Below the pieces are notes generated by a model, which saw nothing but the letters and a program-made list of their open reading frames with translations, was not told the DNA's origin and did not search any database. A DNA stretch of 56,617 nucleotides, counting the filler, from a bacterium (GTDB taxonomy: Bacteria; UBA9089; CG2-30-40-21; SBAY01), in assembly GCA_040757115.1 (NCBI GenBank). It is 3 parts of 3 records of this genome, joined end to end, with 100 filler letters (N's around TTAATTAATTAA, not from the genome) between each part and the next. Parts side by side here need not be neighbours in the genome. Positions count along the whole stretch, not along the records: positions 18,921 to 37,720 come from JBFLYA010000064.1; positions 37,821 to 56,617 come from JBFLYA010000065.1; 1 more part is not named here. One strand, given 5' to 3'. Numbering within the stretch: position 1 is the stretch's first letter; each line of letters starts with the position of its first letter. The position numbers and the translations under genes are program-made. Shown here piece after piece: positions 32,091 through 41,596 of the stretch.

Positions 32091-33743
32091 TCAAAACATC
32101 TTCGTATATTTAATCATCCCCCGGTCTGCTTTATAATCAGTTGCAGGGTCCTCCTTATCCTTATTTTTCATCCGCTCATAGGAAAAGGTAAATTGCGAGG
32201 TAAAAGAACGATAATAATCTACCTCTAATTTTGCTGTCCATTCTTTACTACTATAGTTTTTTTCAATCCGATATTCCTCAAATTCATATCCAGGTTTTAA
32301 TATCAACTTTTGGGGGATAATATCGTAAATTAAATCAATAGTTGTATTAAAGGTATCATCATCTTCATTACCAGTTTTATTTTTGGTATATGAAAGGTAG
32401 TTAGCGAGGGTGAATTTTTGGGCAAATTTTGTATTCAGTGTCAAAGAAATCACATCGGATTTATAATCCTCATATTCAGTGCCATAAGAATCTGAGCTTT
32501 TGTCATCAATATCCGACCTCTGTAAATCAAGCACCAAATCCGTCTCTTTGATAGAGTGACATAATTCTAATGATATTTCTTTTGTAAGTTTATCAAGTTT
32601 TGGATACGAGTCGGTATATCTATCACTTAATTCATCGGTCAACTCACATTCAAGCGTTATTTGTGGATATTTTTCGGGTTTCAGTTCAAATATGGTGCTA
32701 ATAACCTTTGTTTTGGTAATCGGGTATCCTGAATCATTTTCTAAATTATCTTCATAAATTTCACCTTCTAAAATAAAACTACAGATTTCATTTGGTAACC
32801 ATTCGGCGGTGGTAAAATATCCTTTTGCATCCGTTTCTAAATATGGACTACCTGCACTAAAATAATCAGTTCCGAGATAATCATATCCTATTTCAAAGTT
32901 CCATTTCTTTTTTTTATCTGCCTTTAAACTAACTTTATACGCCTTATCGTGGGCTGTAGGACTTCCCACCTCTTCATAACTATTTCTGGCTAATTCTCCA
33001 GATAAAGTTAAGAAATGATTAAAAAAGGAAACTGCGGTATCTATTGCCACTACATCATTTTTAATGGGAAGGGTTGTAACCGTGCCTCGTTCTTCTCTTG
33101 AATCCTTATCATCATTTATTTTAAAATAGGTTATACCGAAAAATGTATTTTTAGTTGGGGATGAAGAAAATCTCATCCCACCCAGCCACTGGTCATAATA
33201 AGTATATCCATAATCCCATTTCTCATTTCCATTTTTATCTTCATTTGCATCCAGCACACCATCTTCATCTTCATCAATTTCATAGACCGATGCCTCTTGT
33301 AAGCGACCACCGATAAGCATAAATTCTGATTTTTCGCCTAAATTAATCCGACGATTAAATTTTAACCCAAATTTTGGACTGACATCATCAGATAGTGTAA
33401 AATCAGATATTTCCTCATATACATCGCCTAACTCAAATATCATCCCTGTCCTGGAAAGACCAAAGGTGAATGATTCAACTATCTCATCCCAATCATCATC
33501 GCGGTTATTAAACTTAAGTTCAATTGAGCTATTAAGGTCTAAATTTAGAAATCTACCATTGACCAGATATTCTACCCCTACAGTTAAATCAGGTGGTATA
33601 TCTTCAATAGTTTTATTGTTGATATTAGTTTGAGTCACAGATATTGCCGTATTGCCACTTAAATCGATTTTTTTTGCCAGGACATTTTGTGAAAAAAGCA
33701 CCAAACTAAGTAGCACTCCACTGATTAATTTATTCACTTGCAT
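32091..33743 (-). CDS. outer-membrane beta-barrel-like protein
   Basis: Start MQVNK with GGAGG RBS, signal peptide, alternating beta strands, terminal Y.KMF; acidic DEDEDGVLDANEDKNGN Ca-binding-like loop. Confidence 0.75.
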   Translation of the reverse strand: MQVNKLISGVLLSLVLFSQNVLAKKIDLSGNTAISVTQTNINNKTIEDIPPDLTVGVEYLVNGRFLNLDLNSSIELKFNNRDDDWDEIVESFTFGLSRTGMIFELGDVYEEISDFTLSDDVSPKFGLKFNRRINLGEKSEFMLIGGRLQEASVYEIDEDEDGVLDANEDKNGNEKWDYGYTYYDQWLGGMRFSSSPTKNTFFGITYFKINDDKDSREERGTVTTLPIKNDVVAIDTAVSFFNHFLTLSGELARNSYEEVGSPTAHDKAYKVSLKADKKKKWNFEIGYDYLGTDYFSAGSPYLETDAKGYFTTAEWLPNEICSFILEGEIYEDNLENDSGYPITKTKVISTIFELKPEKYPQITLECELTDELSDRYTDSYPKLDKLTKEISLELCHSIKETDLVLDLQRSDIDDKSSDSYGTEYEDYKSDVISLTLNTKFAQKFTLANYLSYTKNKTGNEDDDTFNTTIDLIYDIIPQKLILKPGYEFEEYRIEKNYSSKEWTAKLEVDYYRSFTSQFTFSYERMKNKDKEDPATDYKADRGMIKYTKMF

Positions 33744-33767
33744 AAAAAACACCTCCAGACTAAAGAT

Positions 33768-34159
33768 GTAACCGTTCAGGGATATAGCCACAGAGTCACA
33801 GAGAACACAGAGGGAATATATAACTACGAATGAACACGAATAATAAAAAGATTTGGTAAGCATTCAGGTGGTGTAACAAAAGGAGATGTGGAGATTAAGG
33901 AGATAGGGAGATATTATTAAAAAAATTGAAATTAGTAGAAACTAATAGAAATTTATGGAAATTTGTTGTTTTCCACAATCAATTTCTACCTATTTCTATA
34001 AATTTCAATCTATTTCTATTATCTTATCTCCATATCGCCCTTATCTCCTTATCCCCTTTCTTACACTTTTGATATATAGCCTGAACGGTTACAAAAAAAG
34101 ATATTTTCCTCTCTGCGAACTCTTGCGTCTCTGCGGTAAAAGATTACCTGAACGGTTAC
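33768..34159. mobile_element. nested GTAAC/GTTAC-ended MITEs
   Basis: Outer GTAACCGTTCAGG(33768)..CCTGAACGGTTAC(34159); inner GTAAGCATTCAGG(33856)..CCTGAACGGTTAC(34092), nearly identical to 37266-37720. Confidence 0.8.
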
Positions 34160-34176
34160 GGACTAACATTTGCTTC

Positions 34177-35535
34177 TTAATTTAACCTTGTTTGTAATCT
34201 ACGGTGAATTTCCCTTTCTATCTTTCTTGGGTCCATAATCTCTGTGGACTCATTTTCAGCCTTATCTATTACCATTAAGTTTAAATCTACTAATAACTTA
34301 ACTTCTATCACTTTATATTTTTTGGGTGGTTTTGGTGACTCAGGTGACTCAACTGTTATTCGGACATTTAAAAAGAGAAATCCTTCATAATAATCCTCTT
34401 TTATTTTTTTCATCTCTTTCTCATTGAGATTGAGAAAAACATTCCTGACTCCACTTCCTAAATCCGTGGCTCTAACAAATATAGATACTGGCACTGGTTC
34501 CGTTCCTTCAAATTTCCTCTCATTCCCCTCACAGGCTTCTTTTATCTTCTCTATTAATTGGTCTGGAATTTTAGGGTCTATTCTCCAGTCCTGGATAATC
34601 GGTGAAATAGGGTCAAAGAAAGGGAAATGGACAACCACCGCCCCAACCTCTCCTTTTTCATACCAGGCTTTAATGGCTAATTCATTTGGTCCTGGTTTCA
34701 AAAAGGGTTTGAAGCGATATTTGGTTATCCCTTTGGGTAATTCGATGGGTCGGTTATCTCCAATCTCTAAAAAGCAAGCTGGCATCTGATTTATATTTAC
34801 AGGGATAGGTGGAGGAGAGATAAAAACGGTTACATCTGGGATTTCATTGATAAAGGGTTTATTTTCGCCTGGGAATTGGGCATAGAGTTTTGGTGCGGGT
34901 AATGGTTTAAACTTAGGTAATTTTTCTTCCAGAGGTATAAATATCTCCGGCGGTGTAACCTCATCCGGGGTAATACAGTATGCCTTTTCTTTCTCTCTAA
35001 TCGTTGTCCATTCATCTTCTGGCTCTTCCAGACCACGCATTCTAACCACACCTGTATGGACTTTACAGGTAGTTTCGCCTTGTTTGCCTACTTCTACCTC
35101 AAGTTTAGTGCCACGAATACCAATTATCGCTACTGGTGTCTGAATATTAAACTCTGAGTCCCTGGTTTTTAGTTTTTCCACTGTGCCTAAGATTTTACCC
35201 AGCCAGAGTTTCATTTCCGATTTAGTTTTGCCCGTCTGGGTTTCTTCAAATAATTCCTTAATATCAATCGTTGTATTTTCATACATCTCAATTGTCGTGC
35301 CATCGTCAAATTCAATGGTGGCTTGAGAGATAAACTTTGTGCGGATTCTATCGTTGATATAAAGTCGCATATCCACTTTTGCCTTAATCCATTTCACCTC
35401 CCCTGCCCTCAATACCTCGCACTCACCGCTCACTTTAGTAATAGTCACTCCTAAATCTTTATTTGCTAATGCCAAACTTGAAAGGAGACTCAAAAATATT
35501 ACCATAAAAATAAATTGTTTTTTATACATCATCAT
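34177..35535 (-). CDS. exported FecR-domain protein
   Basis: Signal peptide; D.IRT, FDDGT, L..GKI, IQTP.AIIGIRGT, V..G.V motifs; Pro-rich Ig-like C-terminus. Confidence 0.85.
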   Translation of the reverse strand: MMMYKKQFIFMVIFLSLLSSLALANKDLGVTITKVSGECEVLRAGEVKWIKAKVDMRLYINDRIRTKFISQATIEFDDGTTIEMYENTTIDIKELFEETQTGKTKSEMKLWLGKILGTVEKLKTRDSEFNIQTPVAIIGIRGTKLEVEVGKQGETTCKVHTGVVRMRGLEEPEDEWTTIREKEKAYCITPDEVTPPEIFIPLEEKLPKFKPLPAPKLYAQFPGENKPFINEIPDVTVFISPPPIPVNINQMPACFLEIGDNRPIELPKGITKYRFKPFLKPGPNELAIKAWYEKGEVGAVVVHFPFFDPISPIIQDWRIDPKIPDQLIEKIKEACEGNERKFEGTEPVPVSIFVRATDLGSGVRNVFLNLNEKEMKKIKEDYYEGFLFLNVRITVESPESPKPPKKYKVIEVKLLVDLNLMVIDKAENESTEIMDPRKIEREIHRRLQTRLN

Positions 35536-35572
35536 CCCTTCCTCCTCTAATAGATATATATCGTCAAAATAA

Positions 35573-35772
35573 GGTGGTGTCTGAAAATAACGCTAATAGT
35601 GAAATCTATTCAGATTTGGTGTAAAAAAGGGGATAAGGAGATAAAGGGAGATATGGAGATTATTCATTGTAATTTGCAAAATTTTAGAATGAATTTATCT
35701 CCTAATCTCCATAATCCCCATATCTCCTTTTCTTACACTATTTCAACCTTTATGCTAGATTAAGACACCACC
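35573..35772. mobile_element. 200-bp MITE with 8-bp TSD and a nested repeat
   Basis: Ends GGTGGTGTCT / AGACACCACC; CAAAATAA at 35565-35572 and 35773-35780; inner GTGTAA..TTACAC unit 35619-35738. Confidence 0.8.
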
Positions 35773-35813
35773 CAAAATAACTCACTTACTAAAATTAAAT
35801 ATCATGGAGCAAT

Positions 35814-35842
35814 AATATACCACAAAATTTTAATATTGTCAA
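35814..35842 (-). promoter_or_regulatory. sigma70 promoter of the FecR-domain gene
   Basis: TTGACA-N17-TATATT with TGn extension. Confidence 0.6.
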
Positions 35843-35847
35843 CTATT

Positions 35848-37254
35848 TTATTTACTCTTCATCACCCTAACTGCGGCTTTGGCATAGCGGAGGAAATCTT
35901 TTAGAGACTTCAAGCCTAACATCTGTTTGAGGATAAATTGAGGTCTCACATAAAAACTTTTATAGGCATAGTTTAATAACTCTATTAGTTCATCATAACT
36001 TAAATTCTCGTTCCAGACCTGCGGAATGAAATCTTTAGCAGGATATTGTGCAAATTTTAACCAATAATCTTCTTTAAATATTTTCTTATCTAATCCTAAT
36101 TGATAGAGGTCGGTATGTGGATATGGGGTAGTAATCGTGAATTGGACGAAATCAGGGTTAATTTTTTGGGCAAAGTGGATTGTCTGTAAAATTTCATCTT
36201 TAGTCTCACCCGGTGAGCCAATCATAAAATCCGCATAGGTAATAAGCCCCGCGGCTTTAGTCAGTTTAAACACATCTATTACTTGCTCTGTAGTTATTCC
36301 CTTGCGTAACACCTTGAGGATTCTATTAGTTCCTGCCTCAACTCCATAAGATACTCTTATACAACCTGCCTGTTTTAATTTTTGAAGCATCTCTCTATCT
36401 ACCGTATTTATTCTGGCTCGAATTTCCCAGACTACCTCTAACTTCCTTTTCATTATCTCATCACATATCCCCATAACCATATCTTTTTTAACCGTAAACA
36501 GGTCATCGAAGAAAAATACTTCTTTTATCCCCAGATTAAGGATTTCTTGAATTTCATCAACGACATTCTCGGGACTACGAAACCTGACTTTTCTGCCAAA
36601 GGCATGATAACAAAATAAACAATTATACGGACACCCTCTTGAAGAAAACATAGTCGTCATCTGTTCTCTTTGTCCATGAATAGAATAGTATCTATTTAAA
36701 GGAAGTAGATGTCTTGCGGGAAACGGCAGGGTATCTAAATCCTGAACATATTCTTGAAAAGGATTGATAAATATTTTTCCATTACTTTTAAATCCTATCC
36801 CTTTAATCTGGGATTTGTCATCAGCTAAATGTTTGACCAACTCACAAAAACTAATCTCTCCTTCACCGATTATCACTGCATCAACACTCTCTTGAGATAA
36901 AGTTTCTTTTGGATAAATCCCGCAATGAGGACCTCCTAAAACGACATAAATGTTTTTATTCACATTTTTGACAAGATTAGCAATATTAAAGACATCAATC
37001 AAACTAAAGGTAGTCGTAGTAATACCCACGACATCTGGGGCGGTTTGTTGAATTTGAATTTGTAGTTCCTGTGAGTTCAGGTTTTCGGCTAAGGCATCAA
37101 TAATTTCTACCTTAAATGGTGTGTGGTTTTCCAGATAGCCAGCAATCAATGCCAGACCAAGTGGTGGATAAAATCCCCTCTCCTCTTCGACATATTTGGG
37201 CAAACAGGTAGTAATCATATTTTTTAATGTCGGATTGATTAACAAAACCTTCAT
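35848..37254 (-). CDS. cobalamin-binding radical SAM enzyme
   Basis: PPLGLA.IA, GGPH, SSRGCPYNCLFC, FDDLF, GVEAG, FMIG.PGET. Confidence 0.92.
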   Translation of the reverse strand: MKVLLINPTLKNMITTCLPKYVEEERGFYPPLGLALIAGYLENHTPFKVEIIDALAENLNSQELQIQIQQTAPDVVGITTTTFSLIDVFNIANLVKNVNKNIYVVLGGPHCGIYPKETLSQESVDAVIIGEGEISFCELVKHLADDKSQIKGIGFKSNGKIFINPFQEYVQDLDTLPFPARHLLPLNRYYSIHGQREQMTTMFSSRGCPYNCLFCYHAFGRKVRFRSPENVVDEIQEILNLGIKEVFFFDDLFTVKKDMVMGICDEIMKRKLEVVWEIRARINTVDREMLQKLKQAGCIRVSYGVEAGTNRILKVLRKGITTEQVIDVFKLTKAAGLITYADFMIGSPGETKDEILQTIHFAQKINPDFVQFTITTPYPHTDLYQLGLDKKIFKEDYWLKFAQYPAKDFIPQVWNENLSYDELIELLNYAYKSFYVRPQFILKQMLGLKSLKDFLRYAKAAVRVMKSK

Positions 37255-37265
37255 ATTACCTAATT

Positions 37266-37720
37266 GTAAGCGTTCAGGTGGTGTAACAAAAGGAGATGTG
37301 GAGATTAAGGAGATAGGGAGATATTATTAAAAAAATTGGTAACTATTCACCATTCACAATTCACCATTCACAATTTCTTCCCTAAATTTCCTTAATAATG
37401 GTGAATGGTGAATTGTCAATTGTGAATTGTGAATTATCACTCTTCACGGTGTCAAGCAAACTTGGCCCAAGAATTCGATGCACCGCTATAGCGCATCCAA
37501 TGACTCTATTCGATAATTCATCAAATTTCACTTCGTGTTCTCCGTCCCCTTCGTGGTGAATAGTTACAAAAATTGAAATTAATAGAAACTTATAGAAATT
37601 TGTTGTTTTCCACAATCAATTTCTACCTATTTCTATAAATTTCAATCTATTTCTATTATCTTATCTCCATATCACTCTTATCTCCTTATCCCCTTTCTTA
37701 CACTTTTGATATATAGCCTG
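37266..37720. mobile_element. MITE with a nested 229-bp insertion carrying a GxxExxY fragment
   Basis: Copy of 33856-34092; inner element 37339-37567 (GTAACTATTCAC / GTGAATAGTTAC) flanked by AAAAATTG twice; encodes VKFDELSNRVIGCAIAVHRILGPSLL. Confidence 0.85.
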
Positions 37721-37820
37721 NNNNNNNNNNNNNNNNNNNNNNNNNNNNNNNNNNNNNNNNNNNNTTAATTAATTAANNNNNNNNNNNNNNNNNNNNNNNN
37801 NNNNNNNNNNNNNNNNNNNN
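37721..37820. other. contig linker (assembly artefact)
   Basis: N-run, TTAATTAATTAA, N-run. Confidence 0.95.
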
Positions 37821-37920
37821 CTAATCTCCCGTTTATAGTTTATCCTTGTTTACCTCATCTTGTTACCCAACTTGTGGGTAAGGATTAGACCCCCGCCAGC
37901 GGGGGACAACGGCCAATCAA

Positions 37921-38400
37921 TCACTTGAATGGCGACAGAGCACTAGAACTCAAACTGTTCATAAACAAGCTAAGTTCCCTCTTCAATTGCATCCATATCT
38001 TTTGTAAGGGAGTTACCAACTTTTCTACCTCATCCCATTTCAAGAAAAACGAATATGAGTGTCGATAAAAGTGTCTGAAACCAAGGTACTCAGCCAATTT
38101 TTGTGCCATTTCATCTGAAATAGCATGGTTCCTCTTTGGTGTCCGTTGTGTCATTTGTATCAAGAGATCTCTATGCCACTGATCCCCCTTAGGAACATTT
38201 TCGTCAAGTCCTTTTGCGATGGACAAAAAGATATTTTCCACCCCATTATAGAAAGAATGCAATACAGAGGCTATCGCCGTAATCTCTACCAAATTAGGAA
38301 TGGACTCTTGCGAATGTTTCAGAAGATCAGTATAGGAATCGAATAATTGGTCAATTTGGTCTATCTCAAATTTTATCTGAGAAATGACGTTATTAGCCAA
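37921..38400 (-). CDS. HEPN RNase toxin (HepT-like)
   Basis: LHSFYNGVENIF, WHRDLL.QM, FRHFYRH (RX4H); TTG start overlapping the MNT gene. Confidence 0.85.
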   Translation of the reverse strand: MANNVISQIKFEIDQIDQLFDSYTDLLKHSQESIPNLVEITAIASVLHSFYNGVENIFLSIAKGLDENVPKGDQWHRDLLIQMTQRTPKRNHAISDEMAQKLAEYLGFRHFYRHSYSFFLKWDEVEKLVTPLQKIWMQLKRELSLFMNSLSSSALSPFK

Positions 38401-38707
38401 TTTGGAGAAGCCTCCCTTCTTTTTCCAGATATTGTGCAAAGGCATCTTGGCTATCCAGGTTGACAAGGTCAATGGAACGATCTAGTGCTAAAAGAAGTTT
38501 ACCAAGTAGATAGAAAAACTTACCTCGTGGACACCCACGAATAGCAATGTCAATGTCTGAACCCTCTCTGATTTTTCCTTCTCCGAGAGAGCCAAAGAGG
38601 AAAATATCTGTGCAGCCTGACTTTTTTAGTATCTCTACAGCTCGTCGGATGTCTTCCTGAAAATCTGCTGGAAGTTTAATTTTTTCATTCTTCATTTTCG
38701 TTTCCAT
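38393..38707 (-). CDS. minimal nucleotidyltransferase antitoxin (MntA-like)
   Basis: LFGS, SDIDIAI, IDLV; start trimmed to METKM because the longer ORF reads through the attC. Confidence 0.85.
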   Translation of the reverse strand: METKMKNEKIKLPADFQEDIRRAVEILKKSGCTDIFLFGSLGEGKIREGSDIDIAIRGCPRGKFFYLLGKLLLALDRSIDLVNLDSQDAFAQYLEKEGRLLQIG

Positions 38708-38732
38708 CCTTTCGTATATTCTCTTGCATTTC

Positions 38733-39006
38733 AGCTGACGGGATGCGGATGAGCGAAAGGCTTCAGCCCCGACCCACTTCGTGGGTGCCCCGCCGCTGAT
38801 AGCCGAAGTGACGCAGAGCCACTTCCCTTTTTCAAAAAATCCCCTTTGAGTTACATAAAGCTTCCGCCTTTCGCTCATCCGTATCCCGATAACCAAAATG
38901 GAGCGAAGCGACATTTTGGTTATCGGTCTCAGCATAAAAGAAGTTTTTGCGAAGCGAAAATTTAAGTGAGTGCCGTAAGGCACAAACCTTTTATGCTGTG
39001 TTAGGC
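38733..39006 (-). other. composite attC-like site (core GTC instead of GTT)
   Basis: Host hairpin CAGCATAAAAG..CTTTTATGCTG-t-GTTAGGC matches 46845-46933; mini-element inserted at its left end. Confidence 0.8.
38740..38924. mobile_element. gene-less mini-cassette, copy 1 (185 bp)
   Basis: GGGATGCGGATGAGCGAA..TTCGCTCATCCGTATCCC followed by GATAACCAAAATG..CATTTTGGTTATC. Confidence 0.8.
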
Positions 39007-39023
39007 GATGCGATGGCTGATTA

Positions 39024-39608
39024 TTACAATATTTCTCCATAATCCACCTCAATTCCATTGTCAATCTTTTTATAGATGATGATTTTGATGTCTATGTGCT
39101 CTGGTAATGCAGCTTTCACCTCATAGGTATGGGGCTTTATAGATACGGAGATGTCTCCGATGTAACCATCTATTCCTTTTGATTCTTCATCTGGCTCGGA
39201 TAAACGGTAATTCGTTTTCTTTATCTCAGCACCCTTCTTAAGTATTGCTTCCTGAAATCTGAGCCCAGCAAAAGTTTTCACGATCACTAAATCTATTACC
39301 CATTGTTCAACCATCTTTTGGTCAATTTTATTCAGAGAATTTTTAAGTTCTTTCAATTTCTGTAATATCTTCTCTATGGCATTTTTGATTGCATCTGGCT
39401 TTTTCTCCAAGTACCACTTTTCCCACTCAGATAGCGTTTTTCCTTCAAACTCCTGAATAATCTCACTCATTTGACCAACAACTCTTGGGCGTGTTCCTTG
39501 CGCATATTGATTTGCCAAATTGATGAGTGGTGCTACATACTTAGGAAACTCTGGCGTCTCTATGTCCAGATATTTTCTGATTTCTTCGATAGTGATTTTT
39601 ACTTTCAT
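39024..39608 (-). CDS. MjaI-family restriction endonuclease
   Basis: LANQYAQGTRPRVVGQMSE, EWEKWY, EESKGIDGYIG..VSIKP (PD-(D/E)XK-like); coupled to the methyltransferase. Confidence 0.8.
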   Translation of the reverse strand: MKVKITIEEIRKYLDIETPEFPKYVAPLINLANQYAQGTRPRVVGQMSEIIQEFEGKTLSEWEKWYLEKKPDAIKNAIEKILQKLKELKNSLNKIDQKMVEQWVIDLVIVKTFAGLRFQEAILKKGAEIKKTNYRLSEPDEESKGIDGYIGDISVSIKPHTYEVKAALPEHIDIKIIIYKKIDNGIEVDYGEIL

Positions 39609-40909
39609 GTTACACCCTTTTGATCTCCATTTTGAAAGTTTAAAAATTTCGCCTTGTATTTATAGTCAAAAGTAGTATCCACATCAACCAAACTATTCTT
39701 AATCAAATGAGCATTTAAAAATGTCTTATTCCACAAATAAAGATAACAAAGCAAGTTGTTTTTCTCATCGTATTTCACATTATCAAACTTTAGAAACACC
39801 TTTTGCCCACAAGTCTTGTCTCTTAAGAATTGAACAGCCTCTCCATTTTTTTCTGGTCTCTCCTTTACACCTAATAGTTTGATTTTTAGTCCGTTATTTA
39901 AAATCAATATCTCTGGGGAGATTATTTCTTTTACCGTGTAATGTGTTTCGCTTTCGTAATGTGAATTATCTATTTTCGAACCAAACCTTAATTCTCTCGG
40001 GTCAACCTTCTTATCAAATCTTATAGGGTCGCTGAATTTATATGGCAATTTTTTAATTTCCTCTTTAAAGTCTATTTTTGGGTCTTCTTGCTTAACTATC
40101 TCAAAAGTTGCATTTTGAAAAATAGTACTCTGCTTTAACCCAAGTTTATCTTTTATAATCGGTAGGAACTCCTCATTTATTTCGTAGCCGATAGAGTTTC
40201 TATTCAGATTTTTTGCTGCTAAAGATGTCGTGCCACTACCAAGAAAAGGGTCAAGAACAGTATCATCAACAAAACTGAACATTTTGATGAGTCGTCTTGG
40301 TAACTCCTCAGGGAACATCGCCAGATGTTTATCTTGTTTTTCACCTGGAAAATTCCAGTGTCCTGTGAAATATTGATTCCATTCTTCTTGCGTTAGTTTT
40401 GATTGCTCTTTAATTTCATAGCTTACCTTTGGTGGATTTCCATATTTTTTGAAAATTAAAATAAATTCGTAATCCAATTTAAGAATCCCATTTCTGGGAT
40501 ATGGGAAAGACCCCATTACTGTTGCTCCACCAGTGGTATGGCAAGTAGTGACTTTTTGCCAGATAATTGCTCCCATATAATCGAACCCCCCGCTTTCACA
40601 GAACTTGATGATTTCAGTCCTTATCGGAATAATTTTATATCTTCCATAATAAACAGAACGAGCGAATTGGTCACCAATGTTAATACACAAACGGCAACCT
40701 TTATGCAAAATCCTGTGGCACTCATTCCACACCAAATTAAGGTTGTTTATATATTCTTCATAACTATCATTGAAACCTATCTGTTTTCCATTTCCATAAT
40801 CCTTCAGTTGCCAATAGGGTGGAGATGTAATGATAAGATGTACTGATTCATCCTGGATCTCTTTCATCCATCTTGAATCACCTATGATTATTTTGTGTTT
40901 TGTTTTCAT
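39605..40909 (-). CDS. beta-class DNA methyltransferase (SPPY, probably m4C) fused to a thermonuclease-like domain
   Basis: ITSPPY, H.AMFPEEL, DPFLGSGTT; C-terminal IKLLGV..LLCYLYL..FLNAHLIK SNase-like segment. Confidence 0.88.
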   Translation of the reverse strand: MKTKHKIIIGDSRWMKEIQDESVHLIITSPPYWQLKDYGNGKQIGFNDSYEEYINNLNLVWNECHRILHKGCRLCINIGDQFARSVYYGRYKIIPIRTEIIKFCESGGFDYMGAIIWQKVTTCHTTGGATVMGSFPYPRNGILKLDYEFILIFKKYGNPPKVSYEIKEQSKLTQEEWNQYFTGHWNFPGEKQDKHLAMFPEELPRRLIKMFSFVDDTVLDPFLGSGTTSLAAKNLNRNSIGYEINEEFLPIIKDKLGLKQSTIFQNATFEIVKQEDPKIDFKEEIKKLPYKFSDPIRFDKKVDPRELRFGSKIDNSHYESETHYTVKEIISPEILILNNGLKIKLLGVKERPEKNGEAVQFLRDKTCGQKVFLKFDNVKYDEKNNLLCYLYLWNKTFLNAHLIKNSLVDVDTTFDYKYKAKFLNFQNGDQKGVT

Positions 40910-40953
40910 CTTGCTACCTATAATGGATTTGATTTACTTAAAGCCACCGTTTC

Positions 40954-41033
40954 GCCCAACGGGATGCGGATAAAAGAAGTTGCCAAAAACATTTTGGGGA
41001 AATCTTTGATTTCCCTTTTATCCGCTGTTGTGC
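40954..41033 (-). other. attC-like site
   Basis: Plus strand GCCCAAC-gggat-GCGGATAAAAG..CTTTTATCCGC-t-GTTGTGC. Confidence 0.85.
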
Positions 41034-41041
41034 GAAGTTGT

Positions 41042-41596
41042 CTATTTTTCATTTCCGACCCTCTTCAACAGCTCTTTAATTTTACTAATTTCTGTATCCT
41101 CAACTTTCCCAGAGGCGATATACCTTATTATTCCTTTTTGGTCTATTATTATCACATTGCTTTCATTATCTTTCATTTTGTAACAAGAATTCATCTTGCC
41201 ATCCCAATCTCCGTATATTGTCATCCCTTCTTTCTTTGAATTTTGCCGAAGTTTACTTTTCCATATTCCAGTAAATGGCCAGAATGCTCCTTGACAATTT
41301 ATAACAGGCAACCTAATAATGAGTTTTTTTACTAAATCCAATTGTTCAAAATAAAATTTATTTAACTCATCTTTCAATTTCCGATTCTTTTTTACAACAT
41401 CTTTTGCCTCATAGAATATGACTATTATCTTTCCTTTTATCATATCAAGAGTAAGTATTTTGTCGTCTCCTGATTCAACTTTGAAGAAAGGGGCAGCCGT
41501 CCCAATGATTAAATCTTCCGCAATAGATATCTCGGGCAAGAATAAAGTGCAAAATATAGTTGCTAAAGCGGTAATTGATAATAACTTTTTATCCAT
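41042..41596 (-). CDS. exported thioredoxin-fold (AhpC/TSA or YtfJ-like) protein
   Basis: Signal peptide; G..AP.F, TL..IKGKI.VIFYE, IIIDQKGIIRY; no CxxC. Confidence 0.7.
   Translation of the reverse strand: MDKKLLSITALATIFCTLFLPEISIAEDLIIGTAAPFFKVESGDDKILTLDMIKGKIIVIFYEAKDVVKKNRKLKDELNKFYFEQLDLVKKLIIRLPVINCQGAFWPFTGIWKSKLRQNSKKEGMTIYGDWDGKMNSCYKMKDNESNVIIIDQKGIIRYIASGKVEDTEISKIKELLKRVGNEK

Noticed and set aside
18821-37820. Treating intI, the giant-protein locus and the cassette array as one physical island
   Set aside because: TTAATTAATTAA/N linkers join three similar-length contigs; order is probably artificial
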